Shown here: positions 61,906-64,000 of the stretch, piece by piece
Numbering within the stretch: position 1 is the first letter of the stretch
How the letters are laid out: every line of letters begins with the position of its first letter
Source: Octopus sinensis
Lineage: Eukaryota
Assembly: GCF_006345805.1 (NCBI RefSeq)
Contig: NC_042999.1
Coordinates: 46,004,001-46,068,000 of the forward strand
Reading direction: 5' to 3'
DNA: 64,000 bases
Position numbers and translations under genes: made by a program
Notes under the pieces: generated by a model
Told to the model about the DNA's origin: nothing
The model's database searches: none
The model's input: the letters and a program-made list of their open reading frames with translations, nothing else

Positions 61906-63244
61906 CACATACATATGTATACACACACACACACACACACATACACACACATGCACAAATTAGCCTAATGCAGTGATGAGATATCTCAATGTGGTTGTTT
62001 GAGCAGCTAGAAATAATAGCCAAATCTCTCTCTAATCATACCTTACATCTTGAAAATAAAAGGAAGGATTTGTTGGAAAACATAGACCTAGATACAGTAT
62101 GTTGGGGCAATGGAAGGTTGGAATGGTTTAGCAGGAATTCCTTTGAGACAGTATTGCTTGATAAGCAACATCAACAAGAAGAGCAGCAACAGCTAATGAT
62201 ACAATCACTGCATCTAAATAATATATGAAGTTGCAGGTAATTGCAATTTTAAATGTATGAGATGTATTGGTTAAGAGTATAAGGTGGAAGACAACTCGTC
62301 CACATAGTTATAAGTTCAGACCTTATAACAGTCATTCTGTGCACTTCGTTAAAAAGAAACAAGTATGCTTGCTCCAGCTTGATGGAACAGATAAAAATAC
62401 AGACCCCTTCCCCTCGGCTCTACTTCTTCATAATTATGTAGTTAGAAGTGCGAAGGGCATCTTGCTTTAAAAATATTGCTGTGACAAATAAATCCTGTGA
62501 GCTGGGAATGAAAAAGAAAAAAAGTAAAATAGTTTTAAAAAAGAAACATTTATTAAAATCTGAAGATTTTTAAATATTTTATTTCATGTGATAGTTGGAA
62601 ACCCAGAAATAGAATGGTTGTTATTTGAAGAGAAAATAAATACTTTGCTGGATTTCTAAAAGGCTCTGTTACAGTTGTTATAATCAGATAAATCACTTGG
62701 CACACAGTGCTGATTTTCTTAATGGCTGAGAGCAAAACAGCTGCTTGACGCCTGCACAGAAGAATCTATAGAAGAATCTTAGAAATCAGCAATCTAAGAA
62801 TCCTTAATTTGAGATACACAAGCTATCTTTACTTCATCCACGTCCATGGGAAAAACCTTCAGCTGTTTGGTAAAGAAAAGACTCATTCACCAACACACTC
62901 AAAACTGCCATGTAGTTGGTTTTTCATGCCAGAATTATTTCTCAAATCTCCCTCTGACTAATCCCACCTCTCCATTGCTACCACTACAATCTGTTTTGAA
63001 AAACAAACTTGAGTGAATTCAGACCAGTTTTCCAGTTTATAAGCTCTCCTCCACCCCACCCCCTGCCAACCTACCCACATTCTGTTTATGATAAAGAGAC
63101 AGAAATTGCTGAAGATTATGCTGCAGATCATTAATAATAGAATTTAAAATTTTACAAATTGTGTGTAAGCATGTGTGTGATTGTGATTTGTCTTATTGTA
63201 TTATCTTGATGGAATTTGCGCAAACTAATTTGTCATTGGCTAAC

Positions 63245-63545
63245 AGCATCCATAATCTCAGGGTTTATAGATTTATATAGTAATGCTTAAGAAATTTGGT
63301 GATCTTGTTTATTGTCCTCACAGAGGTTTCTCTGCCCATTATTGTGTGTTGCTATTGGTCAGCCGATGACTTTTGTATCAAGTCTGCAGATGTTACTTCC
63401 AAAAATTTCCCCTGTAACCCTAAGCTGAGTGGTTGTCAGGTTCTCTGTCTTGCTGAAGGGCTAGCTTATTTCTATATTAGCTTACAACCCTTATTTCTAG
63501 AGTTTGTTTCCCTATCTGCCACATGGAGACCAGCCAGGTAAGTGT
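63245..63545 (-). mobile_element. Possible decayed R4/Dong-like RT C-terminal remnant
   Basis: Stop-riddled frame ending WAEKPL*GQ*, resembling the W..K.LHGQ motif of R4-type LINEs. Confidence 0.35.
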
Positions 63546-64000
63546 TCTCTCTGCAAATCGTATTCTTGTGATCAAATTTTTATATCATATTTTTATTACA
63601 CTATAAAAATAACAAGAAACACTCGCCCCCCTAAAAAAAAAAACATAGGATAGCAAGATTCTTCTTCAGCTCCTGGTTAAAACCTTGTTTCATTGTAAAA
63701 TGTCTTGAATACAAATCAGGGGTTTTGTTGAGATTAAAGGACAAAACACTCTGTTCTATATTGTCTTGGTTCACCTTGATAAAAAGTACTAAATCATCTC
63801 ACAATATCAGTAGATAGGTTGTGGTGTTGAGGTTACATTTATCTTTTCTCTACTTCAAGCTCTGGAACTAGGGCTAACCTAAATGCCTTCTAATCACCCA
63901 GTGGGTTTTGGAGACTAATATATTGTATGAAATTTACTGTACATAGTTTAGGTCTAAATCTGCACTTGTTCTCTCAGACATGGCCTTTTTTTTAAATATT

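Noticed and set aside
61989-62228. 79-aa ORF ending in a short Q-rich run
   Set aside because: No convincing splice sites in phase with exon 55390-55815 and no homology recognised.
63481-63537. Candidate next exon (ttatttctag|agttt...ccag|gtaagt, or tattag|cttacaacccttatttctag giving TYNPYF*)
   Set aside because: Phase-1 translations are not DAZAP1-like, and the segment appears to be the antisense of a decayed LINE. It cannot be excluded without RNA data.

Overview
Eukaryotic, strongly AT-rich, repeat-dense genomic DNA. The SINE/LINE and microsatellite make-up looks like an octopus (coleoid cephalopod) genome; this is an inference from repeat style, not a database match. One protein-coding gene is supported, on the + strand: an hnRNP-A/B/D-superfamily RRM protein most like DAZAP1/Hrb27C. 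Three internal coding exons join in frame. Exon 1310-1392 encodes GFGFLTFENEDSVDEVCQQHFVTIKGKQ. After a 51.3-kb GT-AG intron, exon 52733-53579 encodes VECKRAEP plus a unique linker and a 75-residue polyQ tract. Exon 55390-55815 is Q/P/Y-rich. The start and end of the gene are not recognisable in this window. The rest is intronic: (TA)n/(CA)n/(AAT)n/(GAT)n/(GAC)n microsatellites, several tRNA-derived SINE families, RTE, R4/Dong-like, Penelope-like and CR1-like LINE fragments, Tc1/mariner and piggyBac-type elements and MITEs, Helitron-like elements and foldbacks. Almost all ORFs in the supplied track are artefacts of microsatellites or TE fragments. I cannot demonstrate a new biological system. 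The best leads are: (i) AAT-microsatellite islands where three retroelement types show strict, opposite strand polarity, including a 546-bp non-autonomous element with no tRNA head; (ii) candidate poison or alternative-terminal exons and dual donors in the RBP gene; (iii) a block-duplicated polyQ domain; (iv) near-identical inverted SINEs flanking the two polyQ exons (circRNA/ADAR candidate); (v) a SINE-mediated ~0.87-kb tandem duplication; (vi) several long palindromes.
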